Below are positions 17,583-27,845 of a stretch of DNA of 64,000 nt, one piece after another; the stretch's first letter is position 1; each line of letters opens with the position of its first letter. This DNA is from Tagaea sp. Lineage in GTDB: Bacteria; Pseudomonadota; Alphaproteobacteria; CACIAM-22H2. The notes below the pieces were generated by a model. That model searched no databases. It was not told the DNA's origin and saw nothing but the letters and a program-made list of their open reading frames with translations. Made by a program: the position numbers and the translations under genes. The stretch lies in contig CBDIIB010000004.1 of assembly GCA_965279525.1 (NCBI GenBank), positions 896,001-960,000 on the forward strand. The letters are read 5' to 3'.

Positions 17583-20480
17583 ATGCCGCTCGACCAGCCT
17601 CCTGCCCGCTCCGATTTTGAGGCGCGCTTGCGCCGCGAGATCAAGGGTGACGTCCTGTTCGGTGCCTACGACCGTGGTCGATATTCGACGGATGCGTCGA
17701 TCTACCAAATAAATCCTGTCGGAATCGTCATCCCGCGCAATGCCGAGGATGCGCGCATCGCGATTCAGATCGCCGCCGACGAAGGCGTGCCTGTGCTTCC
17801 ACGCGGTGGCGGAACCTCGCAGTGCGGACAGACGGTCGGGGCTGCCCTCGTCGTCGACAATGCGCGCCATCTCAAAAAGATCCTTCATGTCGATGCTGGC
17901 AATTCTACGGCCATCGTCGAACCGGGCATCGTGCTCGACCATCTCAACGCCGCGCTGAAGCCGCATGGCCTGTGGTTTCCCGTCGACGTGTCGACATCCG
18001 CACAAGCCACCATCGGCGGCATGACCGGCAACAACTCTTGCGGCTCGCGCTCGCTTTTCTACGGAAACATGGTTCACAACGTCGCGGGCATCGACGCGCT
18101 GCTTTCCGACGGAACGAGAGCGCATTTCGGCCCCGTGAACGGCAATCTCGAAGGGCTTTCTGGTCCGCCGCGTTTCCTCGACATCGTCCGGCGCGTGCGC
18201 GAGATCGCCGTACGTGAAGCCGATGAGATCGAAGCTCGATATCCGAAGCTGCTTCGTCGGGTCGGCGGCTACAATCTCGAAACCGTAAAGCCGGCCGGCG
18301 TCCACAATCTTGCCCATCTGCTCGTCGGTTCGGAAGGCACGCTCGCCTATTCGACGGCCGTACATCTGAAGCTTTCTTCGCTGCCCAAGCACAAGACGCT
18401 TGGAGTCGTCCATTTCCCGACCTTCTATCAGGCGATGGACATGACCCGTCATATCGTGGCGCTGGGACCTGTCGCCGTCGAACTCGTCGACCGCACGATG
18501 ATTGAACTCTCACGCGCCATCCCGGCCTATAGCGGAACCGTCAGCCGCTTCCTGAAAGGCGAGCCGGAAGCGATCCTGCTGGTCGAGTTTGCCGGAGCCG
18601 ATCTGGCGACGCAGCAGCGCAAGCTCAAGGATCTCGTGGCACTCATGGGCGACCTTGGTCTGCCCGGGTCGGTCGTCGAGATAGTCGAAGCCGAATTCCA
18701 GAAGGAAGTGTGGGAGGTCCGCAAAGCCGGCCTCAACATCATGATGTCGATGAAGGGTGATGGTAAGCCCGTCTCGTTCATCGAGGATTGTGCCGTGCCA
18801 CTCGAGCATCTCGCCGAATATACAGCCCGCCTGACGCGCGTGTTCGAGGCCCACGGCACGAAGGGCACTTGGTACGCGCACGCTTCGGTCGGCTGCCTGC
18901 ATGTACGCCCGATCCTCAACATGAAGGAGGACGGCGCCAGGAAAATGCGCGCGATAGCCGAAGAGGCCGCCGAACTCGTGCGCGAATACAAGGGCGCCTA
19001 TTCAGGCGAGCACGGAGACGGGCTCGTACGCTCGGAGTGGATTGCGCCATTCTTCGGTCCACGCCTGACGGGCGCCTTCGAAGAGATCAAGGATCTGTTC
19101 GACCCCGACCGTTTGATGAATCCCGGCAAGATCGTCCGGCCGTCGAAGCAGGATGACCGGTCGCTGTTCCGATTCAAGCCGGGCTATTCGGCCACGAAGA
19201 TCGATACCGCGCTCGACTGGTCCGATTGGGGCGGATTCGCCGGTGCCGTCGAGATGTGCAACAACAACGGTCATTGCCGGAAGTTCGATGCCGGCACGAT
19301 GTGTCCATCCTATCGCGTGACTGGTGAAGAGAAGCACCTGACACGCGGACGTGCCAATACGCTGCGACTTGCGATCTCCGGGCAGCTCGGTTCCGACGCC
19401 CTGGTTTCCGACGAAATGGCCGAGACGATGCGGCTTTGCGTCGGGTGCAAGGGTTGCAAGCGCGAATGCCCGACCGGCGTCGACATGGCCAAGATGAAGG
19501 TCGAGTTTCTTCATCACTACAAGCGGCGACACGGCTACACGCTGTTCGACCGGCTGATCGGATATCTGCCGAGATATGCACCGATGGTTTCCGGCTTTGC
19601 GTGGCTGGTAAACCTGCGTGACCGCGTGCCGGGCTTGGCCAAGCTATCCGAATTGATCGCAGGCTTTTCAGCGGACCGCAGCCTGCCGCGTTGGTCCGCG
19701 AATCCGTTCCGCGCCGGCGAGGTTGGTACACGTGGTCACGGCCGCGAAGTGGCACTCTTTATCGATACGTTCAACACCTGGTTCGAGCCGGAGATTGCCA
19801 GAGCGGCGATCCGCGTACTTGAGGCGGCCGGCTATCGCGTCGTCGTACCGACCGCAGCCGACGGAGCTCGCCCGCTATGCTGCGGCCGCACTTTCTTGTC
19901 CGCAGGAATGATCGACGAAGGACGATCGGAGGCTCGGCGCCTGGTCCAGGCCATGCTTCCCTTCGCCGCAAAGGGCGTGCCCATCCTGGGGCTCGAGCCG
20001 TCGTGCCTGTTTGCGCTCCGCGACGAGATCGCGACTTTGCTCCCCGGCGCAGATGCGGAAAAAATCGGATCTTCCGCGATGCTGTTCGAAGAGTTTCTGG
20101 CTCGTGAACATGCCGTCGGGCGCCTGAACCTGAAGCTGAAGCCGCTACCCCAGAGCAAGGCGCTGCTACACGGACACTGCCATCAGAAGGCATTCGATGC
20201 CGTTAAACCGACACTGGCCGTGCTGAATCTGATCCCAGGCATGCAAGCGAGTCTTATTGAAAGTAGTTGCTGCGGGATGGCCGGAGCATTCGGGTATGAA
20301 CCGAAGAATCTGGATGTCTCCCGCAAGATGGCGGAACTCTCTCTGCTTCCCGCGATTTCGAAAGCCGGCGACGACACGATCATCGTTGCCGACGGGACGA
20401 GTTGCAGGCATCAGATCGCCGATGGTGCGGCACGCGAAGCGGTACACGTCGCAAGCCTGCTCGCCGACGCCTTGGCCTGA
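17583..20480 (+). CDS. FAD-linked oxidase fused to a Cys-rich Fe-S domain (GlcD/GlcF or Dld-II-type 2-hydroxyacid dehydrogenase)
   Basis: PRGGGTSQCGQ, SGEHGDG, CNNNGHC, CVGCKGCKRECP, CCG motifs. Confidence 0.88.
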   Translation: MPLDQPPARSDFEARLRREIKGDVLFGAYDRGRYSTDASIYQINPVGIVIPRNAEDARIAIQIAADEGVPVLPRGGGTSQCGQTVGAALVVDNARHLKKILHVDAGNSTAIVEPGIVLDHLNAALKPHGLWFPVDVSTSAQATIGGMTGNNSCGSRSLFYGNMVHNVAGIDALLSDGTRAHFGPVNGNLEGLSGPPRFLDIVRRVREIAVREADEIEARYPKLLRRVGGYNLETVKPAGVHNLAHLLVGSEGTLAYSTAVHLKLSSLPKHKTLGVVHFPTFYQAMDMTRHIVALGPVAVELVDRTMIELSRAIPAYSGTVSRFLKGEPEAILLVEFAGADLATQQRKLKDLVALMGDLGLPGSVVEIVEAEFQKEVWEVRKAGLNIMMSMKGDGKPVSFIEDCAVPLEHLAEYTARLTRVFEAHGTKGTWYAHASVGCLHVRPILNMKEDGARKMRAIAEEAAELVREYKGAYSGEHGDGLVRSEWIAPFFGPRLTGAFEEIKDLFDPDRLMNPGKIVRPSKQDDRSLFRFKPGYSATKIDTALDWSDWGGFAGAVEMCNNNGHCRKFDAGTMCPSYRVTGEEKHLTRGRANTLRLAISGQLGSDALVSDEMAETMRLCVGCKGCKRECPTGVDMAKMKVEFLHHYKRRHGYTLFDRLIGYLPRYAPMVSGFAWLVNLRDRVPGLAKLSELIAGFSADRSLPRWSANPFRAGEVGTRGHGREVALFIDTFNTWFEPEIARAAIRVLEAAGYRVVVPTAADGARPLCCGRTFLSAGMIDEGRSEARRLVQAMLPFAAKGVPILGLEPSCLFALRDEIATLLPGADAEKIGSSAMLFEEFLAREHAVGRLNLKLKPLPQSKALLHGHCHQKAFDAVKPTLAVLNLIPGMQASLIESSCCGMAGAFGYEPKNLDVSRKMAELSLLPAISKAGDDTIIVADGTSCRHQIADGAAREAVHVASLLADALA

Positions 20481-20488
20481 TCAGCCAG

Positions 20489-21232
20489 CTAGGCCTTCTT
20501 TTTCTTGATTCGGGAGGCGCGGTTCGCCAGCAATTGCCAGTTCCCGAGCGACATCAAGTGGCTGTAGGCGAGCATCATCCAGCCCTTGCGCCACCAGTCG
20601 AGAACAGTCGCGTCGGGGAGATTCTCGAACTTCTTTGCGTCGATCGTACGGAACCCTTGCAGCGTGATCGAGCGGCCTTCGGGCATCTGGATCGACGCGC
20701 GGTTGTCGACAAAAAGGCCCGCCGCCTGGCAAGCCCGCGTGAAAGCGTGCGTCGCGTCGATCTGCACCTGGAAATCTCCCGCAAAGCGAAGCGCCTCCTC
20801 GACGATCTTCGCGGGTTTGCCGTCGACGAATAGCGGCTCACCGCCTTCGTCCGCGACGCTACCGGCATCTTCCTCGATGCACAGCACGAACTCGCCTTCC
20901 GGCGTGCGTGTGAAGACAAACGGGTATCGCCTTACATATGCCGGAACATAGACATCCTCGGCCCATTGCTGCTCTTCGCCGATAAAAAGATTCTGTGCCC
21001 CTTCAAATCCGAGGACGGCAACCGCACCGATCGGATCGCCGGACGTGAACACGATCGGATAGTTGCGTGCGGCGGAGTTGAACTCGACCGCGGCAAGCGG
21101 AACCGAATTGACGTGACTGGCAAATGCGGCGTTGCGCGGTCTTACAAACTTCTTTGCCGCATGGCGCACTCGATCGAGCGGCACGGGATTGCGGTAGAAT
21201 ACTGGGGTCGCTGCGACGTTTGCTTCGGGCAT
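20489..21232 (-). CDS. SapC-family protein
   Basis: YPIVF, NLFI...YVPAYVRRYPF, GWMMLAYSHLMSLGNW. Confidence 0.82.
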   Translation of the reverse strand: MPEANVAATPVFYRNPVPLDRVRHAAKKFVRPRNAAFASHVNSVPLAAVEFNSAARNYPIVFTSGDPIGAVAVLGFEGAQNLFIGEEQQWAEDVYVPAYVRRYPFVFTRTPEGEFVLCIEEDAGSVADEGGEPLFVDGKPAKIVEEALRFAGDFQVQIDATHAFTRACQAAGLFVDNRASIQMPEGRSITLQGFRTIDAKKFENLPDATVLDWWRKGWMMLAYSHLMSLGNWQLLANRASRIKKKKA

Positions 21233-21345
21233 GATGGACGCGACAGTAACCCAGTTTGCCCGAATTCCGCCACGACTTCGCACGACTATTCGGCGAGCGC
21301 CGGTCTGTGGTAGGCCTATCCGGTAACCGCGTTCGGGAGGGAAGT

Positions 21346-21744
21346 TTGCGCTTGTGCGCCGCCATCTTCGGGCTGGTCGTGATCGTCGGCATTTCGCTGC
21401 CGGTTCGTGCTGCCCAATGGGAAGAAGCGGGCGAAACCGCGGGCGGCAACCCGGTTTATGTCGATATTGCCGGCATGCGCATTGGCGGCGCGGTGCGAAC
21501 GGCCTGGATCCGGGTGATCTACCGCCAGCCCATACAGGCGGGCAACGTCCGGGCCGCAAGTATGGAGGCGCTGGCGCATTTCGACTGTTCCTCCGGCGAA
21601 AACGCCGGCTTGCGTGTCATGCTCTACGAGGATGAAGAGGGACAGAAGCTTGCGTTGGCCCGTGAAGAGCGGGAAACCCGCTTCGGTGTCGAACCGGAGG
21701 GCTCGATCGGCCGCGTTGCCCATGCACGCATCTGCCGCGACTGA
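21346..21744 (+). CDS. Small secreted protein, adhesin-E-like fold suspected
   Basis: TTG after GGGAGG; signal peptide; W...VYVD..., FDC ... terminal IC pattern. Confidence 0.55.
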   Translation: MRLCAAIFGLVVIVGISLPVRAAQWEEAGETAGGNPVYVDIAGMRIGGAVRTAWIRVIYRQPIQAGNVRAASMEALAHFDCSSGENAGLRVMLYEDEEGQKLALAREERETRFGVEPEGSIGRVAHARICRD

Positions 21745-21769
21745 TCCCGCACGCAGAACAGAAATCTGC

Positions 21770-21787
21770 TTGTCATAAATCCGCCAA
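21770..21787 (+). promoter_or_regulatory. Possible PHO box upstream of the ugp-like ABC operon
   Basis: TTGTCAT-AAAT-CCGCCAA resembles CTGTCAT-N4-CTGTCAT; second half is weak. Confidence 0.35.
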
Positions 21788-21840
21788 CGCGGTGAGATAC
21801 AAGAAAGATCGAGCGTCGACTGGCGCTTCCGGATGGGGAA

Positions 21841-22887
21841 ATGTCGCACATAGTCATCGAATCGGTCAGCCGGCACTGGGGTAAAGCCCGCGCGCTAGAT
21901 CGGGTTTCGTTTCGTGTCGAAAAGGGCAAATTCGCGGTCCTGCTTGGACCTTCAGGTTGCGGCAAGTCGACCCTTTTACGCATCCTCGCCGGCCTCGATC
22001 GGCCGAGCCAGGGGCACATCCGGATCGCCGGCAAAGATGTCACCGACTTGGCGCCCGCCGCGCGCGGCATTTCGATGGTTTTCCAGTCGTACGCTCTGTT
22101 CCCGCATCTGTCCGTTGCACAGAATATCTGCTTCGGCCTTGAAGTCCGGAAGGTAGCGCCGGACGAACGTGTCCGACGCCTGGCGGAGGCAGCGGGCCTG
22201 CTTGGCCTTTCGGCACTGCTCGAACGCAAGCCATCCCAATTGTCCGGCGGCCAGCAACAGCGTGTCGCACTTGGCCGCGCGATCGTGGCACAGGCGCCGG
22301 TCTGCCTGATGGATGAGCCCCTGTCCAATCTGGACGCACAGTTGCGCCAGGAGATGCGACTGGAAATCCGCGAGCTGCAACGCCGCCTCGGCATCACGAT
22401 GCTCTACGTTACCCATGATCAGGTCGAGGCCATGACGATGGCGGATCAGGTCATCCTGATGCGTGACGGTCGGGTCGAGCAGGACGGCACGCCGGAGGAT
22501 CTCTACACGCGCCCTTCAACAGCGTTCGCAGCCCGATTTCTGGGCACACCCCCGATGAATGTCGTCGCTCTCGACGCTGCCGGCGCAATCGCCGGAGCCG
22601 CAGGCCGACGGATAGCTGATGCAGGTTTGGGATTTGCCGTCGGAATTCGCCCCGAGGACATCCGGATTGCGGATGACGGCGTTCACGCGCGCATCGACAC
22701 GGTCGAATATCTCGGTGCGGATACACTCATTGCCGGCCGGGTCGGCACCGAGACTATCGTGGCCCGCATGCCGGGGCGCATGCACCATGGCGTGGGCGAT
22801 ACCGTGGCACTCGCCTGGGACAAGGATCGCCAGCATATCTTCAAGCTTTCCGACGGTTTCCGAATCGAAAGCGCGTCCGGCAACTAG
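21841..22887 (+). CDS. ABC transporter ATP-binding subunit (UgpC/MalK family)
   Basis: GPSGCGKS, LSGGQQQRVA, MDEPLSNLDA, YVTHDQ. Confidence 0.92.
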   Translation: MSHIVIESVSRHWGKARALDRVSFRVEKGKFAVLLGPSGCGKSTLLRILAGLDRPSQGHIRIAGKDVTDLAPAARGISMVFQSYALFPHLSVAQNICFGLEVRKVAPDERVRRLAEAAGLLGLSALLERKPSQLSGGQQQRVALGRAIVAQAPVCLMDEPLSNLDAQLRQEMRLEIRELQRRLGITMLYVTHDQVEAMTMADQVILMRDGRVEQDGTPEDLYTRPSTAFAARFLGTPPMNVVALDAAGAIAGAAGRRIADAGLGFAVGIRPEDIRIADDGVHARIDTVEYLGADTLIAGRVGTETIVARMPGRMHHGVGDTVALAWDKDRQHIFKLSDGFRIESASGN

Positions 22888-22913
22888 ATTTCCACGAAGA
22901 GAGGGAATGTCCG

Positions 22914-24209
22914 ATGAATCGCATCCGAAGACTGGTCCTTTGCGCGACGCTTGCCGTCGCGACCTTTTGTGCAGGTAGCCCGGCCGAGGCGCAGCAGACG
23001 AAGCTGAGCTTCTACTTCCCGGTCGCCGTCGGTGGGCCGATCACGAAGCTCATCGATACGATGGCGGCCGACTTCGAGAAGGCCAATCCGACGATCAAGA
23101 TCGAGCCGGTCTATACCGGCTCGTACCAGGACACGATCGCCAAGACGCTGACGGCACTGAAGAGCAACGAGTCGCCGCACTTTGCCATCCTGCTGTCGAC
23201 CGACATGTTTACGCTAATCGACGAGGAAGCGATCGTTCCCGTCGACGACATGCTCCGCACGCCCGACGACCGGAAGTGGCTTGACGGCTTCTACAAGGCC
23301 TTCATGGAAAACAGCCAGACCGGCGGCAAGACGTGGGGCGTGCCCTTCCAGCGCTCGACGATCGTCCTCTACTACAACAAGGACCTGTTCCGAGAGGCCG
23401 GCCTCGATCCCGAGACGCCCCCGAAGAACTGGGCCGAACAACTCGCCTTCGCCCAGAGGCTGACCAAGCGCGATGCCGCCGGCAACACCACCCAATGGGG
23501 AATACAGATCCCGTCCTCCGGCTTCCCCTACTGGCTGTTCCAGGGGCTGACCACGCAGAACGACGTGCGACTGATGAATGAGGCCGGAAACAGGACCTTC
23601 TTCGACGATCCGAAGGTCGTCGAGGCCCTGCAGTACTGGATCGACCTCGCCACCAAGCACAAGGTCCATCCGCCGGGGATCGTCGAGTGGGGCACGACGC
23701 CGCGCGATTTCTTCGAGCGCAAGGTCGCCATGATGTGGACGACCACCGGCAACCTGACAAACGTGCGCGACAATGCGAAGTTTCCATTCGGCGTCGCGAT
23801 GCTGCCGGCTGGCAAGCAGTTCGGCTCGCCGACAGGCGGCGGCAACTTCTACATCTTCAAGAAGACGACGGCGGCCGAGCGCGAGGCTGCGATGAAGTTC
23901 ATCCGTTTTGCGACGGAACCGGAGCGCGCGGCCCAGTGGGGCATCGATACCGGCTATGTCGCCGTCCGACCGGACGCTTTCGAGACCACGCGCATGAAGG
24001 AATACGTCGTGAAGTTCCCACCCGCGGCGGTCGCCCGCGACCAGCTGCGCCACGCGTGGGCCGAGCTCTCGACCCACGACAACCAGCGGGTAACCAAGGC
24101 CCTGAACGACGGCCTGCAGGCCGCCATCCTCGGCACAAAGCCGGCAAAGGCCGCGATGGAAGATGCACAACGCGAAGCCACGCGCATCCTGCGTCCTTTC
24201 CAGCGCTGA
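22914..24209 (+). CDS. ABC substrate-binding protein (UgpB-like)
   Basis: Signal peptide; YFPVAVGG, PFQRSTIVLYYNKD, SPTGGGN, TGY. Confidence 0.88.
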   Translation: MNRIRRLVLCATLAVATFCAGSPAEAQQTKLSFYFPVAVGGPITKLIDTMAADFEKANPTIKIEPVYTGSYQDTIAKTLTALKSNESPHFAILLSTDMFTLIDEEAIVPVDDMLRTPDDRKWLDGFYKAFMENSQTGGKTWGVPFQRSTIVLYYNKDLFREAGLDPETPPKNWAEQLAFAQRLTKRDAAGNTTQWGIQIPSSGFPYWLFQGLTTQNDVRLMNEAGNRTFFDDPKVVEALQYWIDLATKHKVHPPGIVEWGTTPRDFFERKVAMMWTTTGNLTNVRDNAKFPFGVAMLPAGKQFGSPTGGGNFYIFKKTTAAEREAAMKFIRFATEPERAAQWGIDTGYVAVRPDAFETTRMKEYVVKFPPAAVARDQLRHAWAELSTHDNQRVTKALNDGLQAAILGTKPAKAAMEDAQREATRILRPFQR

Positions 24210-24220
24210 CGATCGGAAAA

Positions 24221-24246
24221 GGGGCGGATGACTGCGCATCCGCCCC
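24221..24246 (+). terminator. Hairpin 3' of the binding-protein gene
   Basis: GGGGCGGATG-actgcg-CATCCGCCCC, 10-bp stem, no U-tract. Confidence 0.6.
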
Positions 24247-24258
24247 AGCTTGTCCCGA

Positions 24259-25134
24259 ATGACCCGCACCAAGGCAACGATCTATGGCTGGCTGCTGTTG
24301 CTGCCGGCCTTTCTGCTGCTCATGGCCTTCACGCACTGGCCTGCGGTCGCCACGCTGCATGCCAGCTTCCATTCCACGCCGAAGCGCAATCGCCCGTCGG
24401 TGTTCGTCGGCCTCGAAAACTTTGAAGGCATGATCGAGGATCCGATCTTCTGGCAGGCGATGCACAACAACTTCATCTATGCGCTCGGCACCATCCCATT
24501 GTCTGTGGCGCTGGCGATGCTGATGGCGCTTTGGGTGAATGAAAAGCTGGCGGGGCAGGCCTGGCTTCGGCTTGCGTATTTCACGCCGACCGTCCTGCCC
24601 ATGATCGCGGTCGCGAACATCTGGCTGTTCTTCTACACACCCGACTACGGCCTGATCGATCAGATCCTACGCGCCTTCGGTTTCGGGGCCACGAATTGGC
24701 TCGGGAATCCCGACACGGTGCTCTACTGCATGATGGTCATGACGATCTGGAAAGAGGCCGGGTTTTTCATGATTTTCTATCTTGCAGCCCTCCAGCAGAT
24801 GTCACCCAGCCTCGCAGAAGCAGCAGCGATCGAAGGGTGCGGCAGGTGGACCTTCTTCCGACGCGTCACGCTGCCTCTGCTGATGCCCACGACCCTGTTC
24901 GTGCTGGTCAATGCCGTCATCGGTGCGTTTCGCCTGGTCGATCACATCGTGGCATTGACGGGTGGCGGGCCGAACAACGCGAGCCATCTGCTGCTCTCAT
25001 ATATCTACGACGTCGCCTTCCGCTATTGGGATACCGCCTATGGGGCGGCCCTCACTGTCGTTCTGCTCGCGATTCTCGGCGGGACGGCACTCTTCCAGTT
25101 TCTCGTACTCGAGAAGCGGATCCACTACCGATGA
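24259..25134 (+). CDS. ABC permease (UgpA-like)
   Basis: TM helices and EAA motif (EAAAIEGCG). Confidence 0.9.
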   Translation: MTRTKATIYGWLLLLPAFLLLMAFTHWPAVATLHASFHSTPKRNRPSVFVGLENFEGMIEDPIFWQAMHNNFIYALGTIPLSVALAMLMALWVNEKLAGQAWLRLAYFTPTVLPMIAVANIWLFFYTPDYGLIDQILRAFGFGATNWLGNPDTVLYCMMVMTIWKEAGFFMIFYLAALQQMSPSLAEAAAIEGCGRWTFFRRVTLPLLMPTTLFVLVNAVIGAFRLVDHIVALTGGGPNNASHLLLSYIYDVAFRYWDTAYGAALTVVLLAILGGTALFQFLVLEKRIHYR

Positions 25135-25949
25135 TCGCCGCACGCGGCATATCCCGACATCTCGAAACGGTCGGTGCATGGACGCTGGCGATCGTATGGA
25201 TCGCACCGCTCGTCTATTGCGTATGGACCGCGTTCCATCCGCCGGAGTACGCCTCCCGCTTCGTGCTGACGGCACCGCTCACGCTGGCGAATTTCCACAA
25301 AGCGTGGGATTCCGCACCCTTTGCTCAGTATTTCATCAACACGTTCACGCTTGTCACACTGGTTCTTGCCGGGCAACTCGTGCTCGTGACGCTCGCCGCC
25401 TACGCCTTCGCGCGCTTCGAGTTCGCGGGTCGTGACATCGCATTCGCACTTGTTCTCGTCCAATTGATGATCATGCCGGACGTGCTGCTGGTAGAGAACT
25501 ACCTGACAATGGCCTCGCTCGGCCTGGTGGACACCGTATTCGCGATGGCCCTGCCCTACATGGCATCGGCATTCGGCATCTTCCTGCTACGCCAGACCTT
25601 CAAGAGCATGCCCAAGGAGCTGGACGACGCCGCGCGCGTCGAGGGAGCCGGCAGCCTCACGGTTTTATGGCGTGTCTATGTGCCGCTTGCCCGGCCAACC
25701 TATATCGCGTTTGCACTCGTTTCCGTCAGCTACCACTGGAACAACTTCCTCTGGCCACTGATCGTCACCAACTCCGTCGGCACGCGACCGATCACTGTAG
25801 GGCTGCGCGTGTTCGCGGCGATCGAGCAGGGAGTCGACTGGTCCACGATCACCGCAGCCACGCTGCTCAGCTGCGGGCCGTTGCTGATCGCCTTCCTGCT
25901 CTTCCAGCGTCAATTCATCCAGAGCTTCATGCGCGCGGGAATCCGGTGA
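25131..25949 (+). CDS. ABC permease (UgpE-like)
   Basis: ATGA overlap; DAARVEGAG EAA motif; WNNFLWPL. Confidence 0.9.
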   Translation: MIAARGISRHLETVGAWTLAIVWIAPLVYCVWTAFHPPEYASRFVLTAPLTLANFHKAWDSAPFAQYFINTFTLVTLVLAGQLVLVTLAAYAFARFEFAGRDIAFALVLVQLMIMPDVLLVENYLTMASLGLVDTVFAMALPYMASAFGIFLLRQTFKSMPKELDDAARVEGAGSLTVLWRVYVPLARPTYIAFALVSVSYHWNNFLWPLIVTNSVGTRPITVGLRVFAAIEQGVDWSTITAATLLSCGPLLIAFLLFQRQFIQSFMRAGIR

Positions 25950-26949
25950 GCGGCTGGCGGCCGGTCAGCGGGTATTGCGGATCGGTGTAGCCGGGAGTCG
26001 AGGGATGCCCGGCTGGAACGAGTGCCGATAGAACCGCCTCGTCTTCCGCAGAGAACCGGTACGACATTGCCGCGACGTAGTCCTGCCACTGGGTCATCGT
26101 GCGCGGACCGGCGATGACACCAGCAACCAGCCCGTTGTTGAGTACCCAGCCAAGTGCAAGCGCCATCGCACTGGTTCCACGCCTGGCAGCGTGCGCGCCG
26201 ACAGTCTGCGCGATCGCGATGGATTCGGGGCGGAACTCGGTCTCCAGGATGCGCTTGTCTTTTCGACCGGCCCGCGTCTCGGGCGGCGGGACTGCCCCAA
26301 GCGAATACTTCCCCGTCAGGACCCCGCGCGCGAGTGGGCTGTAGGGCACCACGCCGAGCCCATGATGCGCGCAGGCCGGAAGCAGTTCGACTTCGGGTGT
26401 GCGGTCCATCAGGTTGTAGCAAGGCTGGCAGGAAATGGGAGCGGGCACGCCCATCGCCCGGGCTGTTTCAACGAACGTCGCAAGTCGCCACGCACGATAA
26501 TTCGACAACCCATAGTACCGGATCTTCCCGGCACGGATCAGGTCGCCAAGTGTGGAGATCGTCTCCTCCATTGGCGTATCGAGGTCGTCGCGATGCAGGT
26601 AGTAGAGATCGATCCAGTCGGTCCCCAGACGCTTCAAGCTTGCTTCGCAGGCCTGCAGCATCCAGCGGCGCGAAGTGCCCCTGTCATTCGGCTCCGGACC
26701 GCCGGGATTAGCAAGCTTTGTCGCAAGCACCCAGCGCGATCGCTCTTTGGCGATCGCCCTGCCGCAGATCTCTTCGGATCGACCGCTGGAATAGGCATCG
26801 GCCGTGTCGAGAAAATTCACGCCGGCCTCCCGGGCGCTTGCGATGATCTCTATTGAATGGGCTTCATCCGTCCGGTCGCCGAACATCATGGCGCCGAGGC
26901 ACAGCGGTGAGACCTTGAGACCAGAGCGCCCCAGATTTCTGTATTTCAT
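25927..26949 (-). CDS. Aldo/keto reductase
   Basis: LGRSGLKVSPLCLG, DTADAY, LATK, DLYYLH, YSPLARG. Confidence 0.9.
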   Translation of the reverse strand: MKYRNLGRSGLKVSPLCLGAMMFGDRTDEAHSIEIIASAREAGVNFLDTADAYSSGRSEEICGRAIAKERSRWVLATKLANPGGPEPNDRGTSRRWMLQACEASLKRLGTDWIDLYYLHRDDLDTPMEETISTLGDLIRAGKIRYYGLSNYRAWRLATFVETARAMGVPAPISCQPCYNLMDRTPEVELLPACAHHGLGVVPYSPLARGVLTGKYSLGAVPPPETRAGRKDKRILETEFRPESIAIAQTVGAHAARRGTSAMALALGWVLNNGLVAGVIAGPRTMTQWQDYVAAMSYRFSAEDEAVLSALVPAGHPSTPGYTDPQYPLTGRQPLTGFPRA

Positions 26950-27005
26950 GGCACTTTCCTACCGCGACCTCAGCAAGTTGAATTTTCGTCGAAGCTCAGT
27001 CGACG

Positions 27006-27845
27006 TCAAACCAGCAGGCGCCGATGATGCGCCAAATGGTCGGCGACAAAGCTTTGAATGAAGAAATAGCCATGATCATATCCGGCGTGCCGGCGCAGTG
27101 TCAGTTTCTGGCCGCTGGCCGCTGCTGCTGCCTCGAGCCGCTCGGGCATCAGCTGTTCGACAAGGAACTTGTCGGCCAAACCCTGATCGACGAGGATTTC
27201 GCGCGCGAAGGGGCGACGGCGCATCAGGGCGCTCGCGTCGTAGTCGACCCAAGCCGCGCGGTCGGAACCGAGATAGTTCGTGAACGCTTTCACGCCCCAC
27301 GGACAATCGGATGGCGCCGAGATCGGCGCGAACGCCGAACAGGACCTGAACCGGTCCGGCCGACGCAGAGCCGCGACAAGCGCACCGTGCCCGCCCATCG
27401 AATGCCCCATCACGCCGAGGCGCGAGATGTCGACCGGGAACTTCCCGGCAATCGCGGCCGGCAGTTCGTCCGTCACGTAGCTGAACATCCGGTAGTTGGT
27501 GTTCCACGGCGATCGTGTGGCGTCGACATAGAAACCCGCTCCTTGACCGAAATCCCAGCTTTCGCGGTCACCTGGCAGAACCGGTTCGCGCGGGCTGGTA
27601 TCGGGCATGACAAGGGCGAGGCCCATCTCGGCGGCCACACGCTGCGCGCCCGCCTTGATGGCGAAAGTTTCTTCGGTGCAGGTGAGGCCGGCAAGGACGA
27701 GCACAGCCGGCACAGGTCCCGCGTCTGCCTGTTGCGGCACGAAGATCGAAAACCGCATGGGTCCGGCGCAGGCCGACGATTCGTGCCGGTAGAAGCCTTG
27801 TGTTCCGCCCCAGCACGCATGCTCGGCGAGCGTTTCGATCGACAT
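27006..27845 (-). CDS. fghA: S-formylglutathione hydrolase
   Basis: GLTCTEE, PDTSPR, GAGFYVDAT, GHSMGG, GYDHGY. Confidence 0.94.
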   Translation of the reverse strand: MSIETLAEHACWGGTQGFYRHESSACAGPMRFSIFVPQQADAGPVPAVLVLAGLTCTEETFAIKAGAQRVAAEMGLALVMPDTSPREPVLPGDRESWDFGQGAGFYVDATRSPWNTNYRMFSYVTDELPAAIAGKFPVDISRLGVMGHSMGGHGALVAALRRPDRFRSCSAFAPISAPSDCPWGVKAFTNYLGSDRAAWVDYDASALMRRRPFAREILVDQGLADKFLVEQLMPERLEAAAAASGQKLTLRRHAGYDHGYFFIQSFVADHLAHHRRLLV

